Shown: positions 10,445 through 21,815 of the stretch, in pieces
How positions within the stretch are numbered: position 1 is the stretch's first letter
Layout: every line of letters begins with the position of its first letter
Origin: Thermoflavifilum sp.
Lineage (GTDB): Bacteria > Bacteroidota > Bacteroidia > Chitinophagales > Chitinophagaceae
Assembly (NCBI RefSeq): GCF_014961315.1
Contig: NZ_CP063141.1
Location: 2,591,123 to 2,655,122, forward strand
DNA: 64,000 nucleotides
Direction of reading: 5' to 3'
Made by a program: the position numbers and the translations under genes
The notes under the pieces: model-generated
Told to the model about the DNA's origin: nothing
Database searches by the model: none
The model's input: only the letters and a program-made list of their open reading frames with translations

Positions 10445-11664
10445 TATACACCCTGCTGATGGAGCATTTTTCTGCGGGTGATTTCTTGTTGAATCAACCT
10501 CAATTCCCGACTGGTTTGTCCGGCCACAGATGTATTTTCCTGCGCACGGCGCATCAGGTATGGAATCACATCTTCCAGCGGACCATAAGGAAGATATTTA
10601 CAAACCCGATATCCATGCCTGGAAAGATTAAAACTGATATGATCGCTCATGCCATAGAGTTGTGAAAAATATACATGTGGATGATCAGGAGCGATTTGTT
10701 TTTCTTCCATCAGCTGAATGGCCAGCTGACAACTTTTCTCATTGTGGGTGGCTATGCAACAGCAAACATCTTGAAGATGAGCCAGACAATATTGAATGGC
10801 TTCGTTATAATCCTCATCCGTGCGATTTTTATTTGCATGTACAGGACTGGGATATCCTTTTTCAACAGCCCGCTTTCGTTCTTTCTCCAGATAAGCTCCG
10901 CGCACCAGTTTGGCTCCAAGTACGAATGCTTTTTCCTTTGCTTCCAGAATATGGGATTTTAATACCTCAAGCCGATCCGTGCGATAAAGTTGATAGGTTT
11001 GAAAAAGTACGGGCTTTTGTCGATTATAGGATTGCATCAACTGCATAACACATGCATCAATCGGCGATTGAATCCAGCTTTCTTCTGCATCGACCATCAC
11101 GCCAATATGATGCTTGGTAGCCTCCTGCACAATGCGCTCCAATCGTTGGCAAGCGCGCTGCCATTCCGCCTTTTCTGATTCAGTAAGGTTTTGCCGCTCA
11201 TGCAATTTTTCCAGCAATTGTGTACGTGCCAGTCCTGTCATTTTCACGGCAATAAACGGAATATTGGGTTTGCGCGTCGCATAGGTGATCATGCGAACAT
11301 ATTCCGCACAGGTGTGTTCAAATACCTCTTCTGTTTCTTTCCCTTCCACGCCATAATCTAAAATGATGTGCATGCCTGCGTGAGCGAGTCGATCTGCAGT
11401 TTGCATCACATGCTCAAGTGTTTCCCCTCCACAAAATTGTTTGTACAGGGTATCATAGATCCACTTGCGAACGGGCAAATGCAAACGAATCACAACAGGA
11501 ATCAAATATTTCGCAAGATGCGTGAGCCATCCCAGATTCATCAGCCAGAATAACCAGTACATGCGGCTTAATTCGCGATCATCGCGGAAAGAAAAAGCAG
11601 CAGCCGTGTCATCGAAAGATACACGCGGAGAAGTAACTGACATACCAAGCAGGCTTTGCAGCAA
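10441..11664 (-). CDS. proline dehydrogenase family protein
   Basis: 407 aa. The overall pattern (..HIILDYGVEG.., VKMTGL.., VMVDAEESW.., LVRGAY.E.E, ATHN) is typical of monofunctional PutA-like proline dehydrogenases of Bacteroidota. Confidence 0.8.
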   Translation of the reverse strand: MLQSLLGMSVTSPRVSFDDTAAAFSFRDDRELSRMYWLFWLMNLGWLTHLAKYLIPVVIRLHLPVRKWIYDTLYKQFCGGETLEHVMQTADRLAHAGMHIILDYGVEGKETEEVFEHTCAEYVRMITYATRKPNIPFIAVKMTGLARTQLLEKLHERQNLTESEKAEWQRACQRLERIVQEATKHHIGVMVDAEESWIQSPIDACVMQLMQSYNRQKPVLFQTYQLYRTDRLEVLKSHILEAKEKAFVLGAKLVRGAYLEKERKRAVEKGYPSPVHANKNRTDEDYNEAIQYCLAHLQDVCCCIATHNEKSCQLAIQLMEEKQIAPDHPHVYFSQLYGMSDHISFNLSRHGYRVCKYLPYGPLEDVIPYLMRRAQENTSVAGQTSRELRLIQQEITRRKMLHQQGVY

Positions 11665-11800
11665 AGATAGGAGTTAATGCAATACCAATCAGGCACAATA
11701 TGTTTTCTAAATAGATGTGGAGCATAAATTGAAAATATACAATCAGATCCGCACGATATCAAAAAATTGTACATCAAAAACAATATAAAACTAAACGGAT

Positions 11801-12271
11801 TTATCTTTTATGATCCGGTGGTTGCATGCTATCCAGCGAAGCAAGGTCAAACCAGTTCACCATCCATGCAGGGATCAGTTGCACCTTCACCCTGGTGATG
11901 CCTCTTGCTTTGAAACCGAGCTTACGAGCTGCAGCTTCTGATACATCAATCAATCGCTGATTGTCTGGAGCCATTCGATCGTTAATTCTCACCACAACTT
12001 TTCTTCGGTTGCGCAGGTTGGTTACCAGTACATAACGATCCATGGGCAGCTGATTACTTGCTGCGGTGAAATAATGCGCGTAAAAAGTATCCCCACTAGC
12101 TGTTAATTGTCCATTGAATGTGGCATCATAATAACTTGCAATTCCATAAAAAGCTATGCTGTCCTGTTCAGCCTGGCTTTGCCCACAGGCGGGAATAGCG
12201 ATACACAAAGCCGATGAAAGCAAACACGTAGATATGAAAATGGCTTGATAAACCATATCGCTTATCAACAA
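11801..12271 (-). CDS. rlpA: septal-ring lytic transglycosylase RlpA-family protein (DPBB domain)
   Basis: GIASYYDATFNGQLTASGDTF..VLVTNLRNRRKVVVRINDRMAP..RLIDVSEAAARKLGF is the classical RlpA double-psi beta-barrel. Has an N-terminal signal. Confidence 0.85.
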   Translation of the reverse strand: MLISDMVYQAIFISTCLLSSALCIAIPACGQSQAEQDSIAFYGIASYYDATFNGQLTASGDTFYAHYFTAASNQLPMDRYVLVTNLRNRRKVVVRINDRMAPDNQRLIDVSEAAARKLGFKARGITRVKVQLIPAWMVNWFDLASLDSMQPPDHKR

Positions 12272-12340
12272 TGTTTACAAATTACAATCACTATGCTAAA
12301 AAATCAAGATGCCTGCAAAAAATGCTGATGCTTCATCCAT

Positions 12341-13597
12341 TCATTGAAACGTTTTTGCCTGTATCTGCTGACGAATCCGATGACCGGAATAACCATAGTA
12401 GGCCACAACCAGAAAACAGATGAAAGGTACCACAAATGCTTGCGCGGTGCTGTGTTGATGATCGGCAATCCATCCCATCAACAAAGGACTGAGCGCACCG
12501 CCCACTATCGACATGATGATGAATGATCCGCCCTGCCGGGTGTGCTTGCCGAGATTACGAACGCCTAATGCGAATATGGTGGGAAACATAATGGATTCAA
12601 AAAAGAAAATAATCATCAATGCCAGCACGGCGATTTCTCCATGAAGGGAAATAACCATCATGCAAAGTAACATATTGATGATGGCATAAACCATAAGCAA
12701 TTTTTCGGCGGCTATCCATTTCATCAACAAAGTGCCCATGAATCGCCCCACCGTAAATAATATCAGGCTCACACCCAGCAATATGGCGGCCAGACTGCTG
12801 GAGGCCTGCTGCCAATTCTCAATTACATAATTGATAAAAAACGCTGCTATACCCACCTGCGCCCCAACATAAAAGAACTGAGCAACCACGCCCAATATAA
12901 AATGCCTGTTCTGAAACAACGGTCGGGAATGGATATGTGCTTCTTGATGTAATTGCACTTCTTCGTTAATCTCTGGAAGGGGCGTGAAATAAAATAAACA
13001 GGCTATGCATAACACCACAATTGCTATAACTAAATAAGTGTATTGTACGGATTGTAAGGAACTGTTTGGTACGCTATGTTTGAAAAACAGCTGAGAAGCC
13101 AGAAATGGACCGAGAAAAGAACCCACGCCGTTGAACGATTGCGCCAGGTTAATACGAAAAGCCGCACCATGCCTTGGGCCAAGCACCGTCACATAGGGAT
13201 TGGCTGCTGTTTCCAGGCAACATAAGCCACAGGCAAGAATAAAAAGTGCTATTAAAAAGGCATTGAAACTATGCCACTGAGCAGATGGGTAAAAGAAAAA
13301 AGCACCAATTGCATATAAACTCAATCCAATAAGAATACCTCGTTTATATCCGAATAACTTCATGATGAAGCCCGCCGGTAAAGCCATCAAAAAATATCCA
13401 CCAAAATAAGCCGCCTGCAGCCAGGCCGAGCGTAGTTTAGTGATTTGAAAAATATCCTGGAAATGTTTATTCAACGAATCCAGTAAGCCGTAAGCAAAAC
13501 CCCATAGAAAGAACAAGCTGGTTACCAGTATAAAAGCAAAACGCATATTGACTGCGGTTGATGATTGGCTTTCATCTGAACGGATCATGGTGGGCAT
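12341..13597 (-). CDS. sugar MFS transporter (FucP / glucose-galactose transporter-like)
   Basis: 418 aa with about 12 hydrophobic segments and a FucP-like N-terminus (FILVTSLFFLWGFAYGLLDSLNKHFQ). Adjacent to the GH31 gene. Confidence 0.85.
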   Translation of the reverse strand: MPTMIRSDESQSSTAVNMRFAFILVTSLFFLWGFAYGLLDSLNKHFQDIFQITKLRSAWLQAAYFGGYFLMALPAGFIMKLFGYKRGILIGLSLYAIGAFFFYPSAQWHSFNAFLIALFILACGLCCLETAANPYVTVLGPRHGAAFRINLAQSFNGVGSFLGPFLASQLFFKHSVPNSSLQSVQYTYLVIAIVVLCIACLFYFTPLPEINEEVQLHQEAHIHSRPLFQNRHFILGVVAQFFYVGAQVGIAAFFINYVIENWQQASSSLAAILLGVSLILFTVGRFMGTLLMKWIAAEKLLMVYAIINMLLCMMVISLHGEIAVLALMIIFFFESIMFPTIFALGVRNLGKHTRQGGSFIIMSIVGGALSPLLMGWIADHQHSTAQAFVVPFICFLVVAYYGYSGHRIRQQIQAKTFQ

Positions 13598-13768
13598 GTT
13601 TGCATCATTTATCAGGCTAAATGTATAAAATCCTGATTTTTTCTAAAACACCCGCCTGGCTTTTAAGCTACGCACAAAACATATCTTATCCACAGCAAAA
13701 GTGCTCGGAATTTGCGTCGATCTGTGAAAAACCGTATGTATGCAATATTTCGCGAGGCAGGCAACGAT

Positions 13769-16174
13769 TTAACGAATGATGATTTCCTGAAAATCGGCCG
13801 GGATATTCAATTTCAACCTGCCTATGGCTGTAGATGAATGTGCACTGGCAGGAATGGAAAAAGTCCTGCCATCAATTTCATAAGCTGCAGGCTGGAAGGG
13901 CAATCCATGGCAAACCAAACGATATTGTTGATAACCCGGCTGGAAATCACCCGTACAGCTGCGCTGAATGGACAACCGATCAGGTTGTCCATGAACCGTG
14001 AAATGAATTACCCTGCATTGCCCATCCCGATAGCCATAACCATCTCCCGCATCCTCGTACAACACACTTTGAAGTGTGCCATGGATAAAATAAGTATCCA
14101 GTATCATTTCCTGAAATTGCAATGATTCAGGAACATATTCCATCGGCGGAAATTGAGGAATCACAGCACCCGCACGTACAAAAACGGGGATTTGCGTCAT
14201 AGGCGTTCGTACTTCCACCTGTTGTTTTCCCTGCACGAGTTGATTGTTCCAGAAATTATACCATTCGCCTGCAGGAAGATAAACCGTCTTCGATTGCATA
14301 CCTGCTGCATGTACGGGGCTAATCAACAGGTGATCGCCCAGCATGAATTCCTCTGCACGGTTGTATGTATCGGCATCGTGTTGATCCACAAACACCAGAG
14401 GCCGCAGCATGGGAAATCCATAGGTGCTGTATTGCCAGAAGGTGGTGTAAAAATAAGGCAGAAGCCTGTAACGCAGTTTGATGAATTTGCGGGCGATGAA
14501 TTCGTTTTTTTGTCCGAATGCCCAGGGTTCCTGATGAAAATTGGTTTCGTTGCTCGCCGAATGTGTACGCATAAACACATGAAAGGTGGCCATCTGTAAC
14601 CAGCGCACATACAACTCGGGCGTGGGTTCTCCGATGAATCCGCCAATATCACTTCCGGCAAAAGAAATACCTGAAATCGACAAACGCAGGCATTGAATGG
14701 CGGCGATGAACAAATGTTCCCATGAAGCCGTATTATCGCCCGTCCACACGCTGGTCCATCGTTGTGCGCCGGCATAACAGGAACGCGTTATCACAAACGG
14801 ACGATGAGGCATCAAATAACGGGAAACGCCTTCCGCCGTGGCTTTACTCATGAGATGGCCATACACATTATGTGCTTTGCGATGGCTGCAAGGATCACCG
14901 TCATAATCATGCCGTACATCATCCGGAAAGGTTCCGATTTCAAATACCGCCGGTTCATTCATATCATTCCATACACCGCGAATGCCGGCATCGGTTAAAT
15001 GTTTACACAACCTGCTCCACCATGCACGTACACGGGGATGTGTAAAATCAGGAAATACACATCTTCCAGGCCATACATCGCCTTCCATCAATGCCCCATC
15101 GCCTCGCTTGCAGAAATAATCTCCTTCAATACCCTGTTGATATACAAAATAATGCGGATCTACTTTGATGCCCGGATCAATGATTGCCACTACCTTAAAA
15201 CCCATCTCAGCTAACTCGCGCATCAATCCTGCTGGATCGGGAAATCCCTCAGGATGAAAAGTAAAACAACGAAATCCATCCATGTAGTCGATATCCAGAT
15301 GAATCACATCACAGGGAATCTTACGCTTGCGAAATTCCTGTGCAATTTCTTTTACCCGGCTTGCGGGATAATAACTCCACCTGCTTTGATGATAGCCCAG
15401 ACTCCATAATGGCGGAAGTTCGGGTGTTCCCGTTAACTTTGCATAACGGGCTGCAACATCCATCAAAGAAGGCCCGTAAATAAAATAATAACACATTTCT
15501 CCGCCATGCGCCCAGAAGCTGCACACATCCGCACGCTCCTGGCCAAAGTCAAAGAAGGTACGAAAGGTATTGTCCAGAAAAATGCCATAACCTATGCCAT
15601 GATGTAATCCATAATAAAACGGAATATTCTTGTACAGCGGATCAACATGCCAGCCATAACCGTAACGATCCATCCCGTAATTTTCCAGCCTTTTGCCTCG
15701 CAATTGAAAGTCGGTAGGCTTATCACCCAATCCATAGAAACACTCATCCTGCTGGATATACTTGCTGCAGTACACAATCTTACCACCCTTTTGCTGGTAA
15801 TGTTGCCAGTGATATCCTTTTTCATCCTGATTAATGAGCCGACCCTGTGCATCCAGCAGGGTTATCAGCAAATGCTGTCGATCAATTTTAATCTGCAATT
15901 GTTCCGTGAAAATACTGATATATGCTGCATCTTCAGTACTATACAAACGGGTTATAGATTCCTTAAATGCTGGATTCACCGCATAAGAAAAATCACGCTG
16001 AAACCGTCCATCAGGCGAATACCTGAAACGTACGATATGATTGGATATGACTTTTACTTCGAGTACTACATCATGCGTGTAGAAATAAAAGAAATTTCCC
16101 TCGCGTTCCCATCGTAGAACGGCTTCCGGATAATATTTAATGGAATAAACATTCGTAGGTGCTGAAGGTTGCAT
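13769..16174 (-). CDS. glycoside hydrolase family 31 alpha-glucosidase
   Basis: GH31 catalytic signature GVWNDMNEP, and later WTGDN and GSDIGGF. The start is set at the internal ATG (MQPSAPTNVYS..). The ORF track extends to 16309. Confidence 0.9.
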   Translation of the reverse strand: MQPSAPTNVYSIKYYPEAVLRWEREGNFFYFYTHDVVLEVKVISNHIVRFRYSPDGRFQRDFSYAVNPAFKESITRLYSTEDAAYISIFTEQLQIKIDRQHLLITLLDAQGRLINQDEKGYHWQHYQQKGGKIVYCSKYIQQDECFYGLGDKPTDFQLRGKRLENYGMDRYGYGWHVDPLYKNIPFYYGLHHGIGYGIFLDNTFRTFFDFGQERADVCSFWAHGGEMCYYFIYGPSLMDVAARYAKLTGTPELPPLWSLGYHQSRWSYYPASRVKEIAQEFRKRKIPCDVIHLDIDYMDGFRCFTFHPEGFPDPAGLMRELAEMGFKVVAIIDPGIKVDPHYFVYQQGIEGDYFCKRGDGALMEGDVWPGRCVFPDFTHPRVRAWWSRLCKHLTDAGIRGVWNDMNEPAVFEIGTFPDDVRHDYDGDPCSHRKAHNVYGHLMSKATAEGVSRYLMPHRPFVITRSCYAGAQRWTSVWTGDNTASWEHLFIAAIQCLRLSISGISFAGSDIGGFIGEPTPELYVRWLQMATFHVFMRTHSASNETNFHQEPWAFGQKNEFIARKFIKLRYRLLPYFYTTFWQYSTYGFPMLRPLVFVDQHDADTYNRAEEFMLGDHLLISPVHAAGMQSKTVYLPAGEWYNFWNNQLVQGKQQVEVRTPMTQIPVFVRAGAVIPQFPPMEYVPESLQFQEMILDTYFIHGTLQSVLYEDAGDGYGYRDGQCRVIHFTVHGQPDRLSIQRSCTGDFQPGYQQYRLVCHGLPFQPAAYEIDGRTFSIPASAHSSTAIGRLKLNIPADFQEIIIR

Positions 16175-16432
16175 AAGACATGTGTTTGCCGATTTAAAAC
16201 TTGCAAACGACAAAAATAAGGCTAATCTTTTAATCTTGCGCGAAACATTTTCCTGTGTAACTGAGAAAGGTGGATATGCAGCACGGACAGGCATATCAGG
16301 TGGATGCATTAGCCCACAGCAGGCAATCGATCGTGTGTATAAAATGTGATGAATGTTTAATAAATATCCACCAAAATACAGGCGAAATCCTAATTTTGCT
16401 TCATTCGGAATTTGGGTGTGTGCTAAAAATCA

Positions 16433-18352
16433 ATGGCTATGTCTGAGCATCAAACATTACTTCATGCCTACGACGAAGCTTCTATTCGCTCGCTTGACTG
16501 GCGCGAACATATCCGCCTGCGCCCGGGCATGTATATTGGGAAAACGGGCGATGGTTCGAGCATGGACGATGGTATATATATCTTGCTAAAAGAAATCATC
16601 GATAATGCCGTAGATGAATACCTGATGGGATTTGGCAAACGCATTGAAGTGAAAATCACCGACCATGCCGCCACCGTACGCGATTATGGACGGGGTATTC
16701 CTCTGGGCAAACTGGTAGATGCCGTTTCAAAAATCAATACCGGTGCGAAATATGATAACCGCGTATTCCAGAAAACCGTGGGCTTGAACGGTATTGGTAC
16801 CAAAGCCGTGAATGCGCTTTCTTCACGTTTTCATATCAAAAGCTTTCGAGAAGGAAAAGCAGCGGAAGCCGTTTTTGAAAAAGGTATATTGATTGAACAT
16901 CATACCGATATCCTCACGCAGGAACCCGACGGCACCTGGGTGTATTTCACGCCCGACCCGGCTATTTTCAAGCATTTTCGTTTTATTCCCGAGTTCATCG
17001 AAACCCAGATTAAAAACTATTGCTTCCTGAATGCAGGATTGCAAATTGTGCTGAACGGACAAACATTTGTTTCAAAGCATGGCTTGCTCGATCTGTTGCA
17101 AAGCAAAATCAATGAAGAAGAGCAACGTTATCCCATCATACACCTGAAACAAGAAGATGTTGAAGTGGCCATCACGCATGGCAATCATTACGGTGAAGAA
17201 TATTATTCGTTTGTCAATGGCCAGTATACCACACAGGGCGGCACGCATCTGTCGGCATTCCGGGAGGCATTCGTGAAAACCATTCGCGATTTTTATAAAA
17301 AAGATTATGATGCAGCCGACATTCGTGCGTCTATTTGCGCGGCCATCAGCATCCGTGTACAGGAGCCCGTATTTGAATCGCAAACAAAAACCAAATTAGG
17401 TTCCGTTTATCTCTATGAAAATGGCCCGAGTATAAAAAACTTCATAAGCGAATTTTTAGCTAAAGAACTGGATAATTTTTTACATAAAAATGCGGCTGTT
17501 GCGGATGCGCTCAAAAAGCGGATTGAACAAAGTGAGCGTGAACGTAAAGAATTAAGCGGCATCAAAAAACTGGCTAATGAACGGGCGAAGAAAGCCAACC
17601 TGCATAACCGTAAATTGCGCGATTGCCGCATTCATTTGAATGACGACGACAAGCAGGATCCGGAGTTTCAGGCAAAAAAATTAGAAACGACTTTATTCAT
17701 TACCGAGGGCGATTCGGCCAGCGGCTCCATTACCAAATCCAGGAATGTGGAAACACAGGCGGTATTCAGCCTGCGTGGTAAACCACTGAATTGCTATGGC
17801 CTGAGTAAAAAAGTAGTATATGAAAATGAAGAATTCAATTTGCTACAACATGCATTGAATATTGAAGACGGACTGGATGGATTGCGCTACCATCGCATCG
17901 TGATCGCCACCGATGCCGATGTGGACGGCATGCATATTCGCCTGCTGATGCTCACTTTTTTCCTGCAATTCTTTCCCGACCTGGTACGCAGCGGACATCT
18001 GTATATCCTCGAAACACCGTTGTTCCGTGTACGCAATAAACAACAAACTTTATATTGCTATTCCGAAGAAGAAAAACGTGAGGCCATAAAGAAATTGGGC
18101 GGTAAGCCCGAAATTACACGCTTTAAGGGACTGGGCGAGATTTCGCCGGAAGAATTCAGTTATTTCATCGGAGAAAATATGCGTTTGCAACCCGTGATCA
18201 TCGGCAAGGATACACAAATTCATAAGCTACTCGATTACTACATGGGAAAAAATACCACATCACGACAGGACTTTATCATCGAAAATTTACGATATGAAAA
18301 AGATGTGGTGGAAGAAACCATGGCTGCCGAAACACAGACAACGGAGGCTTGA
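16433..18352 (+). CDS. parE: type IIA topoisomerase B subunit, probably topoisomerase IV ParE
   Basis: 639 aa. GHKL ATPase N-terminus ([31 protein letters not shown]) and Toprim ([24 protein letters not shown]). Assigned to topo IV rather than gyrase because it is clustered with the A subunit. A TAATTTTG box at 16391-16398 is a possible -7 promoter element. Confidence 0.88.
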   Translation: MAMSEHQTLLHAYDEASIRSLDWREHIRLRPGMYIGKTGDGSSMDDGIYILLKEIIDNAVDEYLMGFGKRIEVKITDHAATVRDYGRGIPLGKLVDAVSKINTGAKYDNRVFQKTVGLNGIGTKAVNALSSRFHIKSFREGKAAEAVFEKGILIEHHTDILTQEPDGTWVYFTPDPAIFKHFRFIPEFIETQIKNYCFLNAGLQIVLNGQTFVSKHGLLDLLQSKINEEEQRYPIIHLKQEDVEVAITHGNHYGEEYYSFVNGQYTTQGGTHLSAFREAFVKTIRDFYKKDYDAADIRASICAAISIRVQEPVFESQTKTKLGSVYLYENGPSIKNFISEFLAKELDNFLHKNAAVADALKKRIEQSERERKELSGIKKLANERAKKANLHNRKLRDCRIHLNDDDKQDPEFQAKKLETTLFITEGDSASGSITKSRNVETQAVFSLRGKPLNCYGLSKKVVYENEEFNLLQHALNIEDGLDGLRYHRIVIATDADVDGMHIRLLMLTFFLQFFPDLVRSGHLYILETPLFRVRNKQQTLYCYSEEEKREAIKKLGGKPEITRFKGLGEISPEEFSYFIGENMRLQPVIIGKDTQIHKLLDYYMGKNTTSRQDFIIENLRYEKDVVEETMAAETQTTEA

Positions 18353-18393
18353 TAGATTCCTGAATTTATTTTTGAATACAAAACGGCAATCCA

Positions 18394-19248
18394 GTGGAAC
18401 GAATTGTGCATATATTATTTGACCCTGATGCGGCAATTGCCCTGCAGCAAGCATTCGACATCGACCCCACGCTGCGCGACGAAATCCTTGTGCTGGAAGA
18501 TGATTATCGATATGGCCCCATCATCACAATTCCCGATGCATGGGAAACAAGAAATGTTTGGTTAAAAACGCATCTTTTCCCCCAACAGGAAGATGGTAAC
18601 AGCGCAATATTTCAGGAAGAGAAGCTGCGCCGGCAACTGCGCGAACGTATGGAAACTGATGATCAGCTGCATGTATGGATCTGGATGACCAATCATCTGC
18701 GTGAAGTGTGTGGATATTTCTCGCTGTTGCCCTGGATCAGCGAATTCGATCAACGAGTGGAATTGATTTACCTGCATAATTTGCCTTTCCTGAATGAGAA
18801 ATATCAGCTTTTCTTTCCAGAAAAATTATCCTCGATTCCCGCGCGTGAATATCCGAAAGCCAAGCGCCTGGCCACGCCTCTTTCGTCGGAAGAAATGATG
18901 GCCGATAATGAAGAATGGCAAAAATTACAAGCACAAAACAGCTTGCTGCGTGGGACAGCGGGGGAAAGAAAATGTAAGGATATGGCAGTGGATAGTTATG
19001 ATGATCAGTTGATGAAATGTTGTACACCCGACTGGATAAGATTAACCCGATTGCTGAACGTTTTTCGGCAGCAATCCGGAATCGATATCCAGGATGCATT
19101 CTGGATCTGGCGATTACAACAATTAGCCGCCAATGGCCTCATACAGGTGCAGGGCGAGTGGTTTCAAAAACCCATGATTCGACTGGCTAAAAACGAACAA
19201 CAAACAGCGGCTGATGATGTATCGGCTCATCAATTGAAAAATAGTTAA
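18394..19248 (+). CDS. DUF1835/DUF3658-like protein of unknown function
   Basis: 284 aa, GTG start in the ORF track. The N-terminus IVHILFDPDAAIALQQAF resembles DUF1835 proteins. Sits 41 bp after parE and 13 bp before parC. Confidence 0.55.
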   Translation: MERIVHILFDPDAAIALQQAFDIDPTLRDEILVLEDDYRYGPIITIPDAWETRNVWLKTHLFPQQEDGNSAIFQEEKLRRQLRERMETDDQLHVWIWMTNHLREVCGYFSLLPWISEFDQRVELIYLHNLPFLNEKYQLFFPEKLSSIPAREYPKAKRLATPLSSEEMMADNEEWQKLQAQNSLLRGTAGERKCKDMAVDSYDDQLMKCCTPDWIRLTRLLNVFRQQSGIDIQDAFWIWRLQQLAANGLIQVQGEWFQKPMIRLAKNEQQTAADDVSAHQLKNS

Positions 19249-19261
19249 ATAACCCGGTGCT

Positions 19262-21772
19262 ATGCATGAAGAGAAAATGTACAATCAGGAAGAAACATTA
19301 CATAATATCACGGCGGTAAGCGGATTGTATGAAAACTGGTTTCTGGATTATGCTTCGTATGTAATTCTGGAACGTGCCGTGCCGGCTATTGAAGATGGGT
19401 TAAAACCCGTGCAAAGGCGCATCCTGCATGCCATGAAAGAAATGGATGACGGCAGGTTTAATAAAGTGGCCAACATCATCGGTCAATCCATGCAATATCA
19501 TCCACACGGCGATGCTTCCATCGGCGAGGCTATCGTGAACCTGGGACAGAAAAACCTGTTGATCGAAACACAGGGCAACTGGGGCGATATCCGTACGGGC
19601 GATGAAGCAGCAGCACCCCGTTATATCGAAGCGCGTCTTTCTAAATTCGCCCTCGAAGTGGCTTTCAACCCCAAAACCACTACCTGGCAGCTGAGCTACG
19701 ACAGCCGTAAATACGAACCCCTCACGCTGCCCATGAAGTTTCCCCTGCTGCTGGCACAGGGCGTGGAAGGCATAGCCGTCGGGCTCTCCACACGCATCCT
19801 GCCTCATAATTTCTGCGAAATCATCGACGCGGCAATCGCTTACTTGAAAAACAAACCGTTTGAACTATATCCCGATTTCCCTACCGGCGGCATGATCGAT
19901 GTGTCGCAATACCAGGACGGCAAAAGGGGAGGACGCGTGAAAATCCGCGTTCACATCGAAGAACGCGATAAAAAAACCTTAATCATCCGCGACGTGCCCT
20001 ACGGCGTTACCACCACGCAACTCATCGATTCAATTATCAAAGCAAATGATGCCGGGAAAATCAAAATCAAAAAGGTAATTGATAACACGGCGAAAGATGT
20101 GGAAATTGAAGTGCAGCTGGCGCCCGGCGTGGATACCGAAATGACCATCGACGCACTATATGCCTTCACCGATTGTGAAATCAGCATCTCGCCCAATGCC
20201 TGCGTGATCATCAACGATAAACCCCACTTTGTAAGCATCAGCGATATCCTGAAATACAATGTCGATCACACGGGATCGCTGCTGCAAAAGGAACTGGAAA
20301 TCAAGTTACAGGAATTAGAAGCGGAATGGCATTTTGCAAGCCTGGAAAAAATCTTTATCGAAAAACGAATCTATCGGGAAATTGAAAAAGCCGAAAGCTG
20401 GGAACAGGTACTGTCTGAAATCCGCCAGGGTCTGCAGCCTTACCTGCATCTCCTGCACCGCCCGGTGACCGATGAGGATATCGTGAAACTCACAGAAATC
20501 AAAATCAAACGCATCTCGAAATACGATATCCAGAAAGCGGAAGAAAATATCCTGCATATTGAACAACAAATGCAGGAAACCCGTTACAACCTCGATCACC
20601 TGACCGAATATACCATTCGTTATTTTGAAAATCTGAAAAAGAAATACGGAAAAGGCAGAGAACGCCTCACGGAAATCCGTGTGTTCGATACCATACAGGC
20701 TACGGCCGTAGCCATGGCCAATACAAAGTTGTACATGCAACGCGAAGAGGGATTCATCGGTACTTCCCTGAAAAAAGATGAATACGTGTGCGATTGTTCG
20801 GATCTGGATCAGATCATTGTCTTTCGTAAAGATGGTATTATGCTGGTGACGCGCGTGAGCGATAAAGCTTTTGTGGGCCGTCAGATCATGCATGCCGGTG
20901 TATTTCATAAAGACGATAAAACCATTTACCACATGATTTATACCGACCTGGAATCGGGCATCACCTATGCGAAACGTTTTCAGGTGGGCGGCATTACGTT
21001 GAATAAGGAATATGCGCTGGGTAAATCCCAGCGTACACGTGTGCATTATTTTTCCGCCAATCCAAATGGGGAAACCGAAATCGTGCAAATCACCTTGAGT
21101 CCGTCGTGTGCGGCAAGAAAAAAGGTTTTTGAATTCAATTTCGCCGATCTCGATGTAAAAGGCCGCTCTGCACAGGGCAATCAGGTAACGCGTTATCCGG
21201 TGAAGCTCGTCAAGCTGAAAGAAAAAACGGCCGGCGTGGTGCAGGCTGAAGATCGGTGGTACGACCCGGAAATAGGCCGACTGAATACGGAAGGGCGCGG
21301 CCAGTATCTCGGCAGTTTTTATCCAGATGAAAAAATCCTGATTATCTATCAAAACGGCAGCTATGAACTCAACGATGTCGCCCTGACTCATCGTTATGAT
21401 CCAACAACGGTGATGTGGATTGAAAAATTCGATCCGGCAAAGCTGATCACGGCCATCTACTACGACGGCGAAAAACAGAGTTGCTTTGCCAAACGTTTTC
21501 ATATTGAAACGCAGAGTGAAGACACGGTATTCAACTTTATTCGGGAACATGCCGATTCGCGCCTCTTGCTGGTGAGCACCGAACCCGAGCCTGTGGCCGT
21601 GATGGTAACGGGTAAAAAACGGTCGGAAGCCCGACAGGAAATCATTTCCTTACGCGATATTCCGGTGACCGGCTGGAAAGCCGTAGGTACCCGCCTGTGC
21701 TCAGGTATGCCGGCCAGTATCGCATGGCAATCCGCACTGGGAAAAAATGAGCAAACCGCTTCTTTATTTTGA
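19262..21772 (+). CDS. parC: type IIA topoisomerase A subunit, probably topoisomerase IV ParC
   Basis: 836 aa. RAVPAIEDGLKPVQRRIL, HPHGD and the active-site region AAPRYIEARL, followed by a C-terminal beta-pinwheel-like domain. Confidence 0.9.
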   Translation: MHEEKMYNQEETLHNITAVSGLYENWFLDYASYVILERAVPAIEDGLKPVQRRILHAMKEMDDGRFNKVANIIGQSMQYHPHGDASIGEAIVNLGQKNLLIETQGNWGDIRTGDEAAAPRYIEARLSKFALEVAFNPKTTTWQLSYDSRKYEPLTLPMKFPLLLAQGVEGIAVGLSTRILPHNFCEIIDAAIAYLKNKPFELYPDFPTGGMIDVSQYQDGKRGGRVKIRVHIEERDKKTLIIRDVPYGVTTTQLIDSIIKANDAGKIKIKKVIDNTAKDVEIEVQLAPGVDTEMTIDALYAFTDCEISISPNACVIINDKPHFVSISDILKYNVDHTGSLLQKELEIKLQELEAEWHFASLEKIFIEKRIYREIEKAESWEQVLSEIRQGLQPYLHLLHRPVTDEDIVKLTEIKIKRISKYDIQKAEENILHIEQQMQETRYNLDHLTEYTIRYFENLKKKYGKGRERLTEIRVFDTIQATAVAMANTKLYMQREEGFIGTSLKKDEYVCDCSDLDQIIVFRKDGIMLVTRVSDKAFVGRQIMHAGVFHKDDKTIYHMIYTDLESGITYAKRFQVGGITLNKEYALGKSQRTRVHYFSANPNGETEIVQITLSPSCAARKKVFEFNFADLDVKGRSAQGNQVTRYPVKLVKLKEKTAGVVQAEDRWYDPEIGRLNTEGRGQYLGSFYPDEKILIIYQNGSYELNDVALTHRYDPTTVMWIEKFDPAKLITAIYYDGEKQSCFAKRFHIETQSEDTVFNFIREHADSRLLLVSTEPEPVAVMVTGKKRSEARQEIISLRDIPVTGWKAVGTRLCSGMPASIAWQSALGKNEQTASLF

Positions 21773-21815
21773 ATAATCAGCTTTTCCTAACTTACAAGAC
21801 AAACACAAGCAGTTT

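Noticed and set aside
20315-21550. 411-aa ORF on the minus strand.
   Set aside because: It lies entirely antisense to the well-supported parC coding sequence. Its composition is low-complexity and F/I/H-rich, typical of a shadow frame, and no motif was recognised.
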